NCBI RefSeq assembly: GCF_024521635.1
Contig: NW_026250420.1
Span: forward strand, 682,001 to 746,000
Direction: 5' to 3'
Length of the DNA: 64,000 bases
Source: Tricharina praecox
Taxonomy: Eukaryota
Shown here: positions 1-13,132 of the stretch, piece after piece
Layout of the letters: the number at the start of each line of letters is the position of its first letter
Position numbering within the stretch: the first letter of the stretch is position 1
Translations under genes and position numbers: made by a program
The notes under the pieces: generated by a model
Databases searched by the model: none
Seen by the model: the letters and a program-made list of their open reading frames with translations, nothing else
What the model was told of the DNA's origin: nothing

Positions 1-3000
1 GTAAATACTTACGTATGAAAGATCGTCCGCGCTAGGGTCCTAACAAATCAATCGCAGCCCAGTCCAGCCCCAGCCCAGCAGATGAGAAAGCACGGTATTC
101 TAGATCGATAGATAGATAGAGCACCCGACCCATAAGCGACGGTCACGGCGGTGGATATATCGAAGGCACATCGTATCTGTGTGGAAGACTCTACTACCTT
201 TTCCCATACCGACTGCCGAATCCCGACAATGTGCTGGCAGATCCCAATATCCATATCTCGTCTATGTCAAACAGGAAAGTCCCGTGAGCGTGAGGGGACG
301 AATCGGCCTCAGCGAAGGGCTGTACCCCGGATGGGCCATGCGGCAAGGTGTGTAGAGTACTCTACACACCTACCCACCTACCTATCGCCGCAGATTGGAG
401 TGCCATGCGTTGGTTAGCTTTCCAGTTGCGACTTCAAACGGAGGAATGCGTGCGCTCGAAATGATGTCTAACTAACCTGCGTTGCGTCGTCTGGGGAGAG
501 GCTCGGGGGCTCCGGTTCCGCGCGTCCAAAGGATCAAAGATCCCATCCGTCCGTGCGCCCAAGCCTCTCCCGGCCGTATGATACCGTGTGATGTATGTAC
601 AGGTATGCTGCCAGCCAGCCCGCCGACTACTCTACCGCAGGCACACACTCCAGCGGCACAGACAGCGACGCTCTCCGTTCGACTCTCCGTACGTTCGCCA
701 AAGTTATGGTTTTGGAAATGACCCCACGCCGGCAATTTATAGCGACCCCTATCCATCTGTTGATCCAAATTCCAAGACAACTCCGATCGGAGGGCGTCGC
801 TCCCGAGAATAGGTAGGTAGCTACTAGCAGCCGCGCGGAGGTTGCTCGGTTGGTTGCGGACTTCCATGCAGCAGCGGCAGAATTCCAACGGCCCTTAAGT
901 CAAGCCTGCCTACGGTTCGGAGGTCCCGGATTGGCCAATCATATGTGTGATAACTATGATGCATAACTGTGATGGTTATGCCGCTTTTTGATATCTGGCT
1001 GGCTAATCTCTTTGCCTGCCTCTCCCCCCTCCCCCATTCCCCGGTACTATGAATACTTCAACTAGCTGCTGTTGAGGTGGTAATGTGACAACCACCGCTC
1101 CCGATGGAGAAACTTCAAACCTCCAAGGCGGCTACCACCACCACCACCACCACCGCTCGACTCGGTTGCTCCGGAGGACGGGGACGGAAGTCGTAGCTTC
1201 ATGAAGACTAACCGCCCTGGTTGGCCTGGGGGGGTCTATCGGTACTAACCAGAGTAGTAGAGCACCTACATACGCTATAGTAGCCTTGGCATGCATCATC
1301 CAAGATCGCACTGTTTCTGATGAAATGGCTATCGCGATTTTTAAGCTTTCCGGATCCAGCCCTTCTGCTTCTTTGGCTGGCTCGCTCGTTCGTCTATGTA
1401 GAGTACTCTAGGTAGATACCGCTGTGTAATCGCTAGGTCTTCTAGAAAGTCTAGAAGACGAAAAACTCGTCAACATCGATATCGATAGAGTATCGCCACG
1501 TTGATTGGAGATCCGGCGATGGTCCCGGTGTGCCTACGCAATGTTAAACAACTCTAGATATAGGTAACTACCTCATATTCACTTATCTACATACACAGAT
1601 AGTCTGGCCTTTCGGTGTTTCTACGGCCGAACAAAGGATCGGATGCAAAGGACGCAAAGGACTCGACCACTCAGCTCGAGAACCCCTCCGATTCGTCTGC
1701 TCTCTCTTGTCTCTCTCTTCTCCGCTGGCCATTCGAAATTCGGAACTCGAACTCTGTCTCTCCTTCTTCATCTTCGTATTCCCCTTCGGGACGAATTATA
1801 CTCTGCTAACCACGCTGCGGTATAACCAGGCAGTTGGAGTATCTAGTGAGGGAAGGCTGCAAATGGCTGATCCGCGGCGCTACGGAGAAAATTGAAACCC
1901 CACCAAACACAACACAACACAGCCAACCCACAGCGCGCGGGCGCCGGTATGTATGGACGAGTGCATGTGTACTCTATGCATAATAACTATGGGGGTGTGA
2001 GGACTCAGGAGAGGCATTCAGGAGAGACATCATAGCCAATACTCAAGACTCAATACTATAACACGGCACGATATGAACACAAGCGGTACCACATTTTGGA
2101 AACCGGTTCAGCCCCCCACCCCCCATCCTTCGGCGGCGTGGAGCTTCTCGAGCAGGCCATGCCGCCGTGATGGGATTTTGGGGATACCCATGTGGTTACT
2201 GTGCGAAAATCTGCAGGAAAGACACCACACCGGCGTGCAGTGGTCGGCGAAGAGGCGAAGAGACACCAACATGTACCAGTACATCGGCGCTCGCTCGGCG
2301 CCAGATGGTGGGCAAGCCGAGCGTATGGTAACTACCGTATCTAGCCTTGCACGGTTAGGGTAGTCCGATCCCGTCGTCGGATGTGAACACTGAGAACCTT
2401 GAACTCTGGACTCTTGAGCTCGATGGGTTGGTTGGAGAGTGGTCCGATGCTGTCAAACCATCATCACCACCTCCACCACCTCCTCCACCACCACCTCCGA
2501 AGCCCCATCGGACTATCGAGGTGGACAATGGACAGTGGACACGATACTATACGGTATTTATGGGCTGATCTTATAGTTTCCCACATCCATTGGACCAGGA
2601 AGTCCGGAGAACCTTAAAATACCTACAGCCGTGATGTCGCGTCACGATGATCCAGCTGCAGTTGTTTTTTCCGCACCCTCCCACCCACTCACTCACCCAC
2701 CCCATTTCGTTCACCGTGCAGTGTATGTACATGCAATACATAGGGCCTTAGGCATTAGGCATGCGTCCTCTATTTATGTCCTAAATCCGTCCCAGAATAA
2801 TTACATAACGTTGATCGCCGTGAAGCCCGTGTTGGTCTGCTTTTCCTCCATACATATCATGTATAATGTATAATGTACCACAATTACATATGTACGTCGG
2901 GGGCCGAGACACAACACCACCCATCCCATAGATAGAGTACGGCAGTTGCTTTTGCTCGGGGCATCGTGGACGGTGGGAGCAGGCTGGTGAGAATTTTCTG

Positions 3001-4459
3001 AGTGATCGATTGGAAACACCACGCCTTTCCGTTTCCGCAAACCATTTCTCTTCAGCTGGGCTGCTGGTCGGTTGGGCCCCATGCATAAAAAAAAAGAAAG
3101 AGAACCGTTGTTGTCTCTTCTTTCCTTCTTCTCCTTCTTTATTCTTCTTGTTGTTCCTCCAGTTATTCCTCCAGCCTTCCAAGATCCCCCAACTATCTCA
3201 AACACATCACTACAAAATACAAACGCCGCCGCCGCCGTCGGAACGCCCACGAAGCAGTGTGTCGCACGGATGTCACACGAACGAGCTGATCTGAGCTGAT
3301 CTGAGCTGCTGAACTCAGCGGGGCACACGACACGCCTGTACCTCGCCGTGCACCGCGAGCTGTCGGGGATAAAAGAAGAAAAACTGCACCTGTCACAGTT
3401 CCCGTAGACATGCGACCTCCCCCCAGCACGCTCCAGGCTCCAGACCCCAGGCTCCAGGCTCAACCCCAACACTGTACGCTCCCGTTCCCGTCCCCGGGTG
3501 GTTAGTTGGCACCATGCCACCGTGCCACCATGTGCCCTCCGGCTGCCATCGTGGTTGAAACTTTGTGGTTGTGGTTGTGGTTGTGGTCGTGGGCTGAGAC
3601 CGAGATCGTGCCTATAGTCCTATGGACCGCGCGATACATAGTTTCCGTGCGGGAAGGAAGCCTGGCACTGGCGCTCCAGAATCCCGGAAACATGCGTTGC
3701 CTTGCCTTGCGGTGGAATTAGGTAATTGTAGTTATAGGTATAGTAGCATATAGTAGCATATAGTACAGCAGCGAAGCATCATCGTTGCAACTTGCAACCC
3801 CGAGACATCGACAAGTTCCGCTCGAGCTCGGCCGTTTACGCACGTACGTGAACTACGTAGCTGGTCGTGACTCGTGAGATCAAGCGGACACGAGGTACAA
3901 TGCGCGGGGAAGAGCGTCGGCCGTGAATGCGTCAGATCAACCGTGTTTCATGTTGCTAGATTTCATTCGTTGATGTGATGAGTGCTCTTGTATCGATGTT
4001 CTGGGTACTCTTGTGTCGATCCGACGGGCGGGCTCAGCTTGTAATGGTGTCAGAACTCGGAAGAGATCTCCTGCTCCGGGTGTTCGGCGTATCAGTGCTT
4101 TTGGTCATGGATGTTCGACTACCTATCATAGTACCGGTAGGTGGAAGAGTTGGCATGAAGTTACTGGGACGCATTTCATTCAGCCCTCGAAATCCTGGTC
4201 CGGTTGTGAGTTGCGAGGAGGCCTCACTGTTGTACAATGATTGTGTGGAACGCGAGACGTGGAATGATACTTTGGGTAGGTATTTCGTGACGCAACGTCG
4301 GGTCCACAAGGTTTATCACATACAGTCACTCGATGACAGCCTGGACAGCACCAAAAAGAAAACCGAAACATCGACCGGACAGGAGATCCACTGCACAGCA
4401 TGCAAGACAATTGCTCGGCCCAGATCCTCCTGACTTCCTTCCACCACTCACGTGCGCCC

Positions 4460-5364
4460 TTAAACCTGCGCGGGAGTTTGCGGCAGATGCTTCATCATAT
4501 CCTTCCTTGGCAGCTCCACCGAGCTGTAAAAAAAGGCCGAGGTCCCAATGGGATACTCATCATAGTCGTTCCCCTTGTTCAGCGCGCCCCACGTCTCTTC
4601 CACGAATTCCGCCAGCGGCATTCCGAAGTTTCGGCCGTCTTTGATGTCTGCGTCATGATTAGCACCAGCACACGCTGAACAGGATCGGGTGCATTGTCAC
4701 GCACCTGGCTGCACCGCCTCATCATGCAATTCCGTCTGCACTGCAGGCGGCAAGATCTCGATGACCCTCACACCAGTATCCTTCAAGTGCGATCTCAGCG
4801 TGATGCAGAAGCTGTGCAGAGCCGCCTTCGACGCACAGTATCCCGGGCAGCGGCCGAGCGGGGCAAGCGCGAGGCCGGAGGTGGTGTACATTAGCGCCGT
4901 CGGCTTATCCTGCGCCTTCAGGAACGGCGTGAACGCCTTCGTCAGGTAGATCGGCGCCGTGTAGTTCGTCACCAGCTCTGTGTCGAACATGGCGAGGTCC
5001 ACGGTATCGGGCTTCGAGAAGTCGAAGCCCCGCTGGATGCCGGAGTTGATCAGGACCGCGTCGAGGTCGGGGTGTTCCCGGGTTACTCTGCGGGGCACCA
5101 TTATTTAATGCCCAAACATCATCACGCATCCGAGACTCACTTCGCAACCCAGTCGTTGATCTTGTGGAGTTTCGTGACGTCAAAGACGTACGACGCGATG
5201 CGGTCTTTTTCGGCGGCGTGCTTGGACTCGAACTCCTCGAGATTCTTGCCGCGCCTGCCGACAATGATCAAGCTCTTGCCCTCCGCGAGGAACTTCTCGC
5301 ACAGGCCGAGGCCGATGCCGCTAGTCGCGCCGAGGACGAGGATCTTGGTGAATGGGAAGGACAT
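4460..5364 (-). CDS. Short-chain dehydrogenase/reductase (DltE-like), 3 exons; introns 5088-5140 and 4648-4704
   Basis: Rossmann motif KILVLGATSGIGLGL, LINSGIQ, catalytic TTSG and YCASK (YxxxK), VIEILPPAVQTELHD. Spliced frame continues DIKDGRNFGMPLAEFVEETW to TAA at 4460-4462. Confidence 0.9.
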
Positions 5365-5658
5365 GTCGATATTGGTATTTGATTCGTGTTTGATTGGTGT
5401 TTAGATTGGTTGAAAAGCCACGATGCTACTGGCGCTGCTGCTCCCTTTTCATCGCCGCCCCGCAGCTGGAGTTTACGTCACTAACACCGCTACTCCGCGA
5501 ATCATGGACTTAACGTACACGGGGTTGGAGCCAGTGTAGGTGAGACCCGACGGTAAATATGACGTTAGCGCATAGCGAAAGGCGTATGTAGGCGTAGGCG
5601 TACATAGGTAGACGGTGCCGTTGGAGCCGGTGTGGATAGAATCGGGCAGTAATACTCC

Positions 5659-5765
5659 CCGGAGTCCGACGGCAACGCTTCCGGAGTCCGACGGTATCAT
5701 AACCGACCCGGAGTCCGGTGGTCAACGCTCCCCGGAGTCCGGACTCTCGGAGGTTCATTACGTAA
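5659..5765. promoter_or_regulatory. Four copies of CCGGAGTCCG (CGG-N3-CCG) followed by TTACGTAA in the divergent SDR/monooxygenase intergenic region
   Basis: Exact 10-mers at 5659, 5681, 5708 and 5732; TTACGTAA at 5758-5765. CGG triplet pairs are typical Zn2Cys6 half-sites; a regulatory function is inferred. Confidence 0.45.
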
Positions 5766-6644
5766 GTACTTACTCAAGTAATATACTATGTATACAAATA
5801 ACGGGAAGATTGTTATCCCGTCAAGAGTCAAGACTTAACTCCAGTCCAGCGATCATCCAAATCTCCGAACCACATGCGTTGGCGCATAACTACTTCCCGG
5901 ACTCTGGAAGGTTGCGAATGTACGTAGAGGGTCGTACAATGCCGGAAGATCGTTTTCCCATCATGACTTGACTCCGGTCCAATGATAGCCACAACCTCCG
6001 AATCATCTCGACCGGACGGGTTCGTGGTTATTCGGACAGGCTGCCAGCAGCACCAGTCTGTTCTGTCCGCATACCAGTGAACCCCTCAAGTAGGTACATA
6101 TCTCCATCTGATTGTACATATCGCTGTTCTCGCCGACAAATACGTTTTCCCATAGCCAATTCCCTCAAATTCATCAAGTCAACATAGGTATCCATGCGAC
6201 CTGCAGTTACTTCTCCTCATCCGCAGGCCCACTCGTCGTTTTCCTGACTAACTACTCCACAAAACCGAGACCAGCGTGCAGGGATCCTATGACCGATTGC
6301 GGAGCTATCACAATACATCACCCATGTTCCCCGGAATGGGAAGACTTGTCGGCTGTGGTGCATGAATGCGCCGACTGAACCGCTAGATGAGATGATTCCC
6401 CGCTAAGCCCCGCTTATTGGCATGTATCCCGCCGGCTCGAGCTGACAACCGCTTTCCATCACAAGATAATTCGACCATATCGAAAACCGTTCGATACGGT
6501 TACGAGTGTCCGAACCGCAAGCTGTCGGAGCTAAAGAAAGCATAGGTATATGTATGTGCCGTTAAAAGATCACAACGTCAACAGCTCCATAGACCTACCA
6601 CTTCACCTATATCGAGAAATCACAATCGCAAGCAGTAAAAGACG

Positions 6645-8139
6645 ATGCCTCCACCACCAGCCGCACCTCCCGCGCCCCCATTGAATGTCGTCATCGTGGG
6701 CGCCGGTATCGGCGGACTATCCGCAGCCACTGCCTTCCGCCGGGCAGGGCACAATGTTTCCGTGCGTGCCCTCTCCCGATCAAGCATCTCGCAATTCTAA
6801 CCTCTCCAGATCTATGAACAAAGCGCCTTTTCCAACGAACTCGGTGCCGCAATCCACCTTGGACCCAATGCCTCGCGCATCCTTGGCAGATACGGCTACG
6901 ACGAGAAACGCCTGCGCGGCGTGCGCTGCGACAGCTTGGAGATGATGGCTCCGGATGGCACCACAATGTTCAAGGCATTGACCGACCATGTTACCAAGGA
7001 GTATGGCAGTCCGTGGTATCTGTGTCACCGTGTGGACCTGCACAACGAACTGAAGCATTTGGCCTTCGATGAGGAGGGGGAGGGGAAGCCGGCAACACTG
7101 CATTTGAGCTCCAAGGTTGTGGGGGTGGATCTTGAGAAAGGGCAGATCACCCTCGCGGGGGGTGAGGTAGCTCAGGGCGACTTGATCGTGGGTGCGGACG
7201 GAATCCATGTGCGTATACATATCCCTTCTCCTGCCCCACGAGGAATATAGTAACCAACGTGGAATAGTCCAGGATCCGCGACCATATCATCGGCGAGGGC
7301 TACTCTCCACCCCCCTCGGGCAGCAACACCTACCGCTTCATGATCCCCGTGTCGAGCCTCACCTCCGACCCTCTCCTATCCGCATACGTCCCGTCGCCCA
7401 CCAAGCCGGGGATGAAAATTGTCGTCGCCCGCGACAAGCGGCTGGTCTTCTACCCGTGCCGCGATTCCACACTGCTCAACGGCGTCGGCATCCACCCGGA
7501 CACGCTGTCCAAGCACTCCACGGAGGAGTGGAATGCAAACACCTGCACGGTCGAGGACCTGAAGCAAACGTATGCCGACTTCGCGCCGGTTTACCACCGC
7601 CTCTTTGAAGTCGCCGAGGATATCAAGCTCTGGCAGCTCAAGGATCGCGGCGGCATCGATACGTGGATCAAGGGCCGCGGCTGCCTGCTCGGCGATGCAT
7701 GCCACCCCATGTTGCCGCGTACTCCCCCCCTCCCCTCCCCTCCGCCCTCAGTCACTAACACCCTATAGACCAAGGCCAAGGCGGCGGGCAAGCGATCGAG
7801 GACGGCGCCGCGCTCGGTGTGATCTTCCCGTTGGGCACGCCAGCGGCGGACGTGCCGACGCGGCTCGCGTACTACGAGCACGTGCGCAAGAGCCGCGCCG
7901 AGACGATCCAGGAGTTTAGCCGTGCCCAGATCGCCGGCAGCGAGAAGCAAGTGATCGATCCACGGGTCACGGAGGAGTTTACGTTCAGACACGACGTCGT
8001 CGCGTATGCGAAGGAGGCGCTGACCGCCGTGTGGATCCCGAGTACGGTGGCCCCGCGCGGGCCGCCGGCTGGTGCGCCCGGAGGGCTGAAGGTTAGGCCG
8101 TTGGCGGGCGTGGAGTTGCCGGTGGATGAGAAGTTGTGA
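6645..8139 (+). CDS. FAD-dependent monooxygenase (salicylate hydroxylase-like, group A), 4 exons; introns 6762-6809, 7209-7267, 7719-7768
   Basis: VVIVGAGIGGLSAA (GxGxxG), YEQSAFSNELGAAI, HRVDLH, DLIVGADGIH (DG motif), [23 protein letters not shown] (GD motif, completed after splicing). Confidence 0.92.
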
Positions 8140-8669
8140 TATCGCATGCTCAATAAATGCTTATGGCCACATGTGTGTGTGGTCCCATTCGAATCGGTTC
8201 CCCCAGTGAGACCATAGTTACGTCAAGCAGTGCAACCCAGGAAACTCAATCCAGGAAACTCAATCCCCTGTGCGAGAACAAATATACAATTCCAGCACCA
8301 TATACACAGTTTCTTCTGATGATATGTACGTGAAATAACGATTTGTAAGGCTTATTAGCACCCTCGCCCAATGCCCATGGTCTGGCGGAGCCAGTAGTTA
8401 TGCTTTCGGTCGGTCGAGTGAGAACCAGACGTGAGCAAATCCACCCACAGTATTACAGTATCCATGCCGATAAACGATTCCATCCTACCGTATGTATCAT
8501 ATAGGCGACCACAGCTACAGGATATAATGTGTAAAAGAAAGAAAAAAACCATCATAAACGCCCCACGGGAGTGGCTCAAACAGGCCCATATCTCCCTGAC
8601 TTCCCCCCAACTTCCCCTCCTCCTGAAACAAAAAAGCCCTTATCCTGCATAGCCTACTCTACTTACCTA

Positions 8670-10157
8670 CTACCTCAACTCGGGCGCATCATCCTTCGGC
8701 TTCCACCCGACCAACTTCAACACGCGCCCCCAGACACCGGCCAGATTGAGCAGCCGGGAAACGAACCAGACCTTCCACCACTGCATCTTGAACGAACTGA
8801 TATCACCATTCCCACTCGCCCTGACCCAAGCAAATGCTCTCGGGATCATCTCCTTCTCGTACGCATTGCACGCACGCGCGACCTCATCGTTCGTCGGACT
8901 AGCGCTGAGTAAGAGCAGCGCCGACAGCGCGGATGCGGTGTCTTGCATCGCCTGGTTTGCGCCCATACCGCGCGATGGCAGCATCGCGTGCATGGCGTCG
9001 CCGATCAGCCATACCCGCGTGTTGCCTTTGGTCTTGTCGTCTGGATGTGCGCGTGCTGCACGCATGCGCCAGTCCGCCGGTGGCTGCCGCGAGATCCGCG
9101 GGACCGAGTTGAAGAGCTCTTTTGGCGGGACGGTCTTGATGATTGCTTGGCTGTGTGCGAGGTCAGTGGCTGCGAGAGAGGGGGGTGGAGGGAGACGAAC
9201 AGCCGTGGATCCCAGTGGCTGATCATGGCTTCGCACTGGGCCTTGACTGCCGGTATATCATCGAGTGACCCCATCAGTTTCCGGGGACACATGAACCCGA
9301 CCATCAACGAGGCGGAGTCGAAGTCGATCTCGCTGTCTTCCATGGCTGTTTTCGATTTCCGCTCGGAAGCGGAGGAGTCCTCCTTGTCGGGGAGGTATGC
9401 CGACGAGAAGAAGATTATGTCGTCTCGGATCACCGAGATAGGGCCTTTCTTGAGCTGGTGCGGAAGGCCCGCTAGGATCTCTGGTGTCAGTGGGCTCTTC
9501 GACAGCCAGCCGAACGTCTCGGTCAGCTGCTTGATGTTGTTGAGGCCGATTTGTTTGTTAGCCTGTGCACGGGGGCCTCAGTGATGTACGTATACATAAA
9601 GCTCTGGGATTAGTATATGGAATAAAACTTACACCACTGCCACTCCCGTTTGCGATGATGAGAACATCGCACTCCACCACGGTTCCGCCCTCAAACTTAG
9701 CATGGACAACCTCCTTCGCATCCCCACTCGGATCGCCGAGGACCTCGTAGCCGGTATATTTACAATCATACTTGATAACGCCCTTCTCCCTGAGTGGCTC
9801 GGCCAGGGCCTCTCGCAGCACCACCCGATTGATGGGCGCACTCTTCGTATACGCCGGGAACTTTGTAAGATCGAGCAGGACATTGAGTTTATCGTCGTAG
9901 AGGATAGGCGCGGAAGAGACGACGCCGCCGGAGCGCCCGAACTTGGCGCATATGTGGTCCTTCATCTGCGGCGAAAGACACGCGCGCATCCCGACCAACG
10001 CCGGGGCGCCTAGGCGGATCTGGTAGCCCTCGCGGTTGGAGCTGGGGGCGTCTCGCTCGTACACGGTTACCGAGCACGCCGGGTAGTGCGAGAGCAAGCC
10101 GTTCGCTAGCAGCGTTCCGGACATGCCGCCGCCGATTATGCCGATGCGGAGGGGCAT
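8670..10157 (-). CDS. FAD-dependent monooxygenase (group A), 3 exons; introns 9563-9632 and 9151-9200
   Basis: IGIIGGGMSG, VTVYERD, DVLIIANGSGS (DG-like), VWLIGDAMHAMLPSRGMGANQAMQD (GD motif). Confidence 0.92.
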
Positions 10158-11595
10158 TGTTGCGGCTTGAGCGTGGCTGGAGTGATGTTGATGTTGTGGG
10201 TTTTTCTGTTTCTTTTTCTTCTGCTTTTTTTTTTCTTGATTCGATCAGCTCTTCACTTCCGCAGTGACGGATTTCGAGACTTTGATGTGGAACAGCTGTC
10301 AAAGATACGTCGGACGGTGAAGTAACTACATGGCATCTCGGGTGACACATCGGCTCCACACTTTTTTTTCACGACGTCAGGAACGGGATGTCGGGGGTCG
10401 GCTTCTATTATCACCGACTCTAGGTATGCACGGTGACCGGCAGACTTGACTGGGGCATGTATAGCACTATCCTATCAGATTGGCCAGTTGATCTTTTATG
10501 TACTAAAGAGATATGTATGACTCTGTATATCGGTGTCTATACCTGCTCCGTCCCGTCGATGTCCCGCGTACCTAGTGGCCTCGGTTGAGGTTGAGCAGCA
10601 GTACTGGGTATTCCGGTGTATTTATCCTCTGTTCATTGCTCCGGATATGGAGCATCGGACAGGTAATTCGCGGCGTCAGGTGTGTGTCGGAAAGAGTGAG
10701 ATAGGTTCATATCTCGTAGAATGGCTACCCTCTGCACACCTACCTCAATGAATTCTCATGCGTGGAGTGCCTATGGCAGTAGTTAGTGCTAGGTTCGGTA
10801 TATAGCAGTAGGGCCCCGGCGAGATATCCGCGCCGACTCCCCGGTTGTTGTTCGGCGGTATGTACGGTAGTAAATCGATCCCGGAACCGGAATACGAATT
10901 AACCACCGGTAGGTACGCATAGCTGCATGTGAAAAATCCGATGACTGTAGATGGGTACACGAATCGATCTCGACATGGTTCTCTTGGGTGTTTGGCTGTC
11001 CTCAGGCCTCATGCCGACACTGCTCGAGTTTGAGAACGCTCAAAGTGTTCCTCATGATCTTTGAGCTCTCACCATTGCAACTCACTTCGGAAACAAAGGG
11101 GTGTTAGGTAATGCCTCATACTTAGGTACTTGACGAGCGAAACATCTGCATGGTTGTTCGTTGTATCCATGGTGCTAGTGGTACTCGTGGCTCACAGAAG
11201 CAATATTCCACGTGAATGGGGAGAGGAGAAGTAGCCATGAATTGGTGAGCTCGAGGAGGAGGAATAGTCAGCAGCACTCGCCAAACATGAACTTCGAATG
11301 AGTGCTTCTTACTTTGTGGTGGAGTGAGAGTTTGTGCTCTGACCATTGAATTGACAGCTGGGGAGCCATTCACTGTGAGCTGCAGGTCTCGCTCGTTTTG
11401 GTTGGCTGTTGGCTATCCTCATCCCTCCTGCTACTCTATTCTCCTCCAACGTCACGGACAACACAGCACTCCTCCCCCTCCGGCTTTCTTATCTACTATC
11501 TTCATCTCTCCCACGATCGTCGCCATCACTATCTCGCACTCACATACCTCACCGCCCCCATCCGCTAGCTACATCCACTCCCTACCCCCACCACG

Positions 11596-12553
11596 ATGTC
11601 TCCCGCGCCCCGTCCAACCAAGAACGTAACCGGCGCCCACCGCTGGTACCACCGCGACGACGACATCTTCTCGTACGACGCGCCTAGTGACGAAGAGGAC
11701 AACTACTACGGCGCTTCTGCACCGCGGGAATCCTCCATGATGCGGAATGGGTGCAAGATCTCCTCGCGGGGACGCAATAGTACCCGTTCTCCAACAAGGA
11801 CGAGTACCACCTCGCGCGGCTAATGCTCGTGGACATGGAGGTGCACGGGGAACACGGAGAGTTGGAGAGTTGGAGAGGGGCCCGCTGAGGAAACGCGGGA
11901 TCGATAGTCTCCTTGCGATGTATATCGCGGCTAGGGGCAGTAGGACCTTAAATGCGTTTAGAAGCACTAGACAGTTGTTTGCTCTGTTGAAGAAGACGGG
12001 GTTTAGGTTTCCCGAGCACGAAAGGGTGGAGAATTAATTCTCGGAATCGGATGAGGATGAGGAGGGGACGGGCACGGAGGAGGACGGCTGTGAGAGTTAT
12101 TCCGGTACAGTACCAGACCCGTTGCAGGATACGGACTCGGATGAGATGGTAGGGGAGCCGGAAGTGGATGCAGATGTTGAGGCGGACACGGAGGGGTGGA
12201 GGGAGCTGGAGCTGGAGAGAGAGTTATCTGAGGATAGAGTGATGGCTGCTGGTGCTCTGCTCTTGCATATGCATTCGGGCGAGGATCCGGGGTTACCGCA
12301 AAGTGAAGATGGCGAGGAATACGAGGATCGCACTCACGAATACGGAGGATGCGAAGGGGAAGAGGAAGAGACGAGTCTGGGGGTCTTCAAGGATACAGAG
12401 AAGGCTACGGTTGCGAAGCAGAAAAAAGGATACAGAGGGTACGAGGCGCACGAGGAGTTTGCTGAAAGGGAGGCGAACAGGGAGGAGAACGAGACTCCGG
12501 AGCCGTCAGCGGCGGCCAGGGAGATTGTCCGCAATTACTGGGGACTACATTAA
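11596..12553 (+). pseudogene. Degenerate gene with two frameshifts and two stops; Plavaka-transposase-like N-terminal motif followed by an acidic tail
   Basis: One frame of about 315 codons can be rebuilt by correcting a 1-nt shift near 11710, TAG at 11778-11780, an 8-bp tandem duplication GGAGAGTT at 11856-11871 and TAA at 12035-12037, which is in frame with ORF 12122-12553. Confidence 0.6.
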
Positions 12554-13132
12554 GGGAGGATTGCAGAGGCCTTGTATTTTCAGTATCAATAGACCTCGAT
12601 ATGTGTTATGATTATGCCACTGGAGTGATGCATTTTGCAATGCTCCCGTGCTGTTTTTTCGTTGTAACGTATAATTCCAAAATGGAGGGATTGTTGTGCC
12701 GTCTGTCTCGGACAATAAACACTCAATCTGGCATCAGAGCGAGGCACGAATTGGACTAGATACTATAGATTAAGATTGAGTACTCCGAGTCTCCGAAGAC
12801 ATCACCTCCCATTCATCTCCGCAAACCGGTACCGCCTGCAGAATCCAGATATCTCGGCACTTTTATATACCAGGCTTCTTATTAGGTACGCGCTATACGG
12901 CACCGGTCTGACGGCTCCCATCTCCTATGTTTCAACTCGGGACCTACATAACGCGGGGGGGCGGTATTCTCGCTGCTCCACACTTCCGAAGTATTGACGT
13001 TCAGATCTGGCCCATCTGCGGGCCTGCTGTGTAAAGACTAGATAAATATCCCGATCTCGATATCTCCATTGCCATTGTCATTGCCATTGTCCATCCAACA
13101 CAAACACAGACACAACCACAACCACAGGGACA

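Noticed and set aside
1..4400. ORFs such as 2801-3520 and 3975-4433
   Set aside because: No motifs or coherent exon structure; treated as intergenic.
5659..5741. Repeat-spacer pattern as a CRISPR array
   Set aside because: 10-bp repeat, 12-17-bp linkers that are partly related to each other, eukaryotic context and no cas genes.
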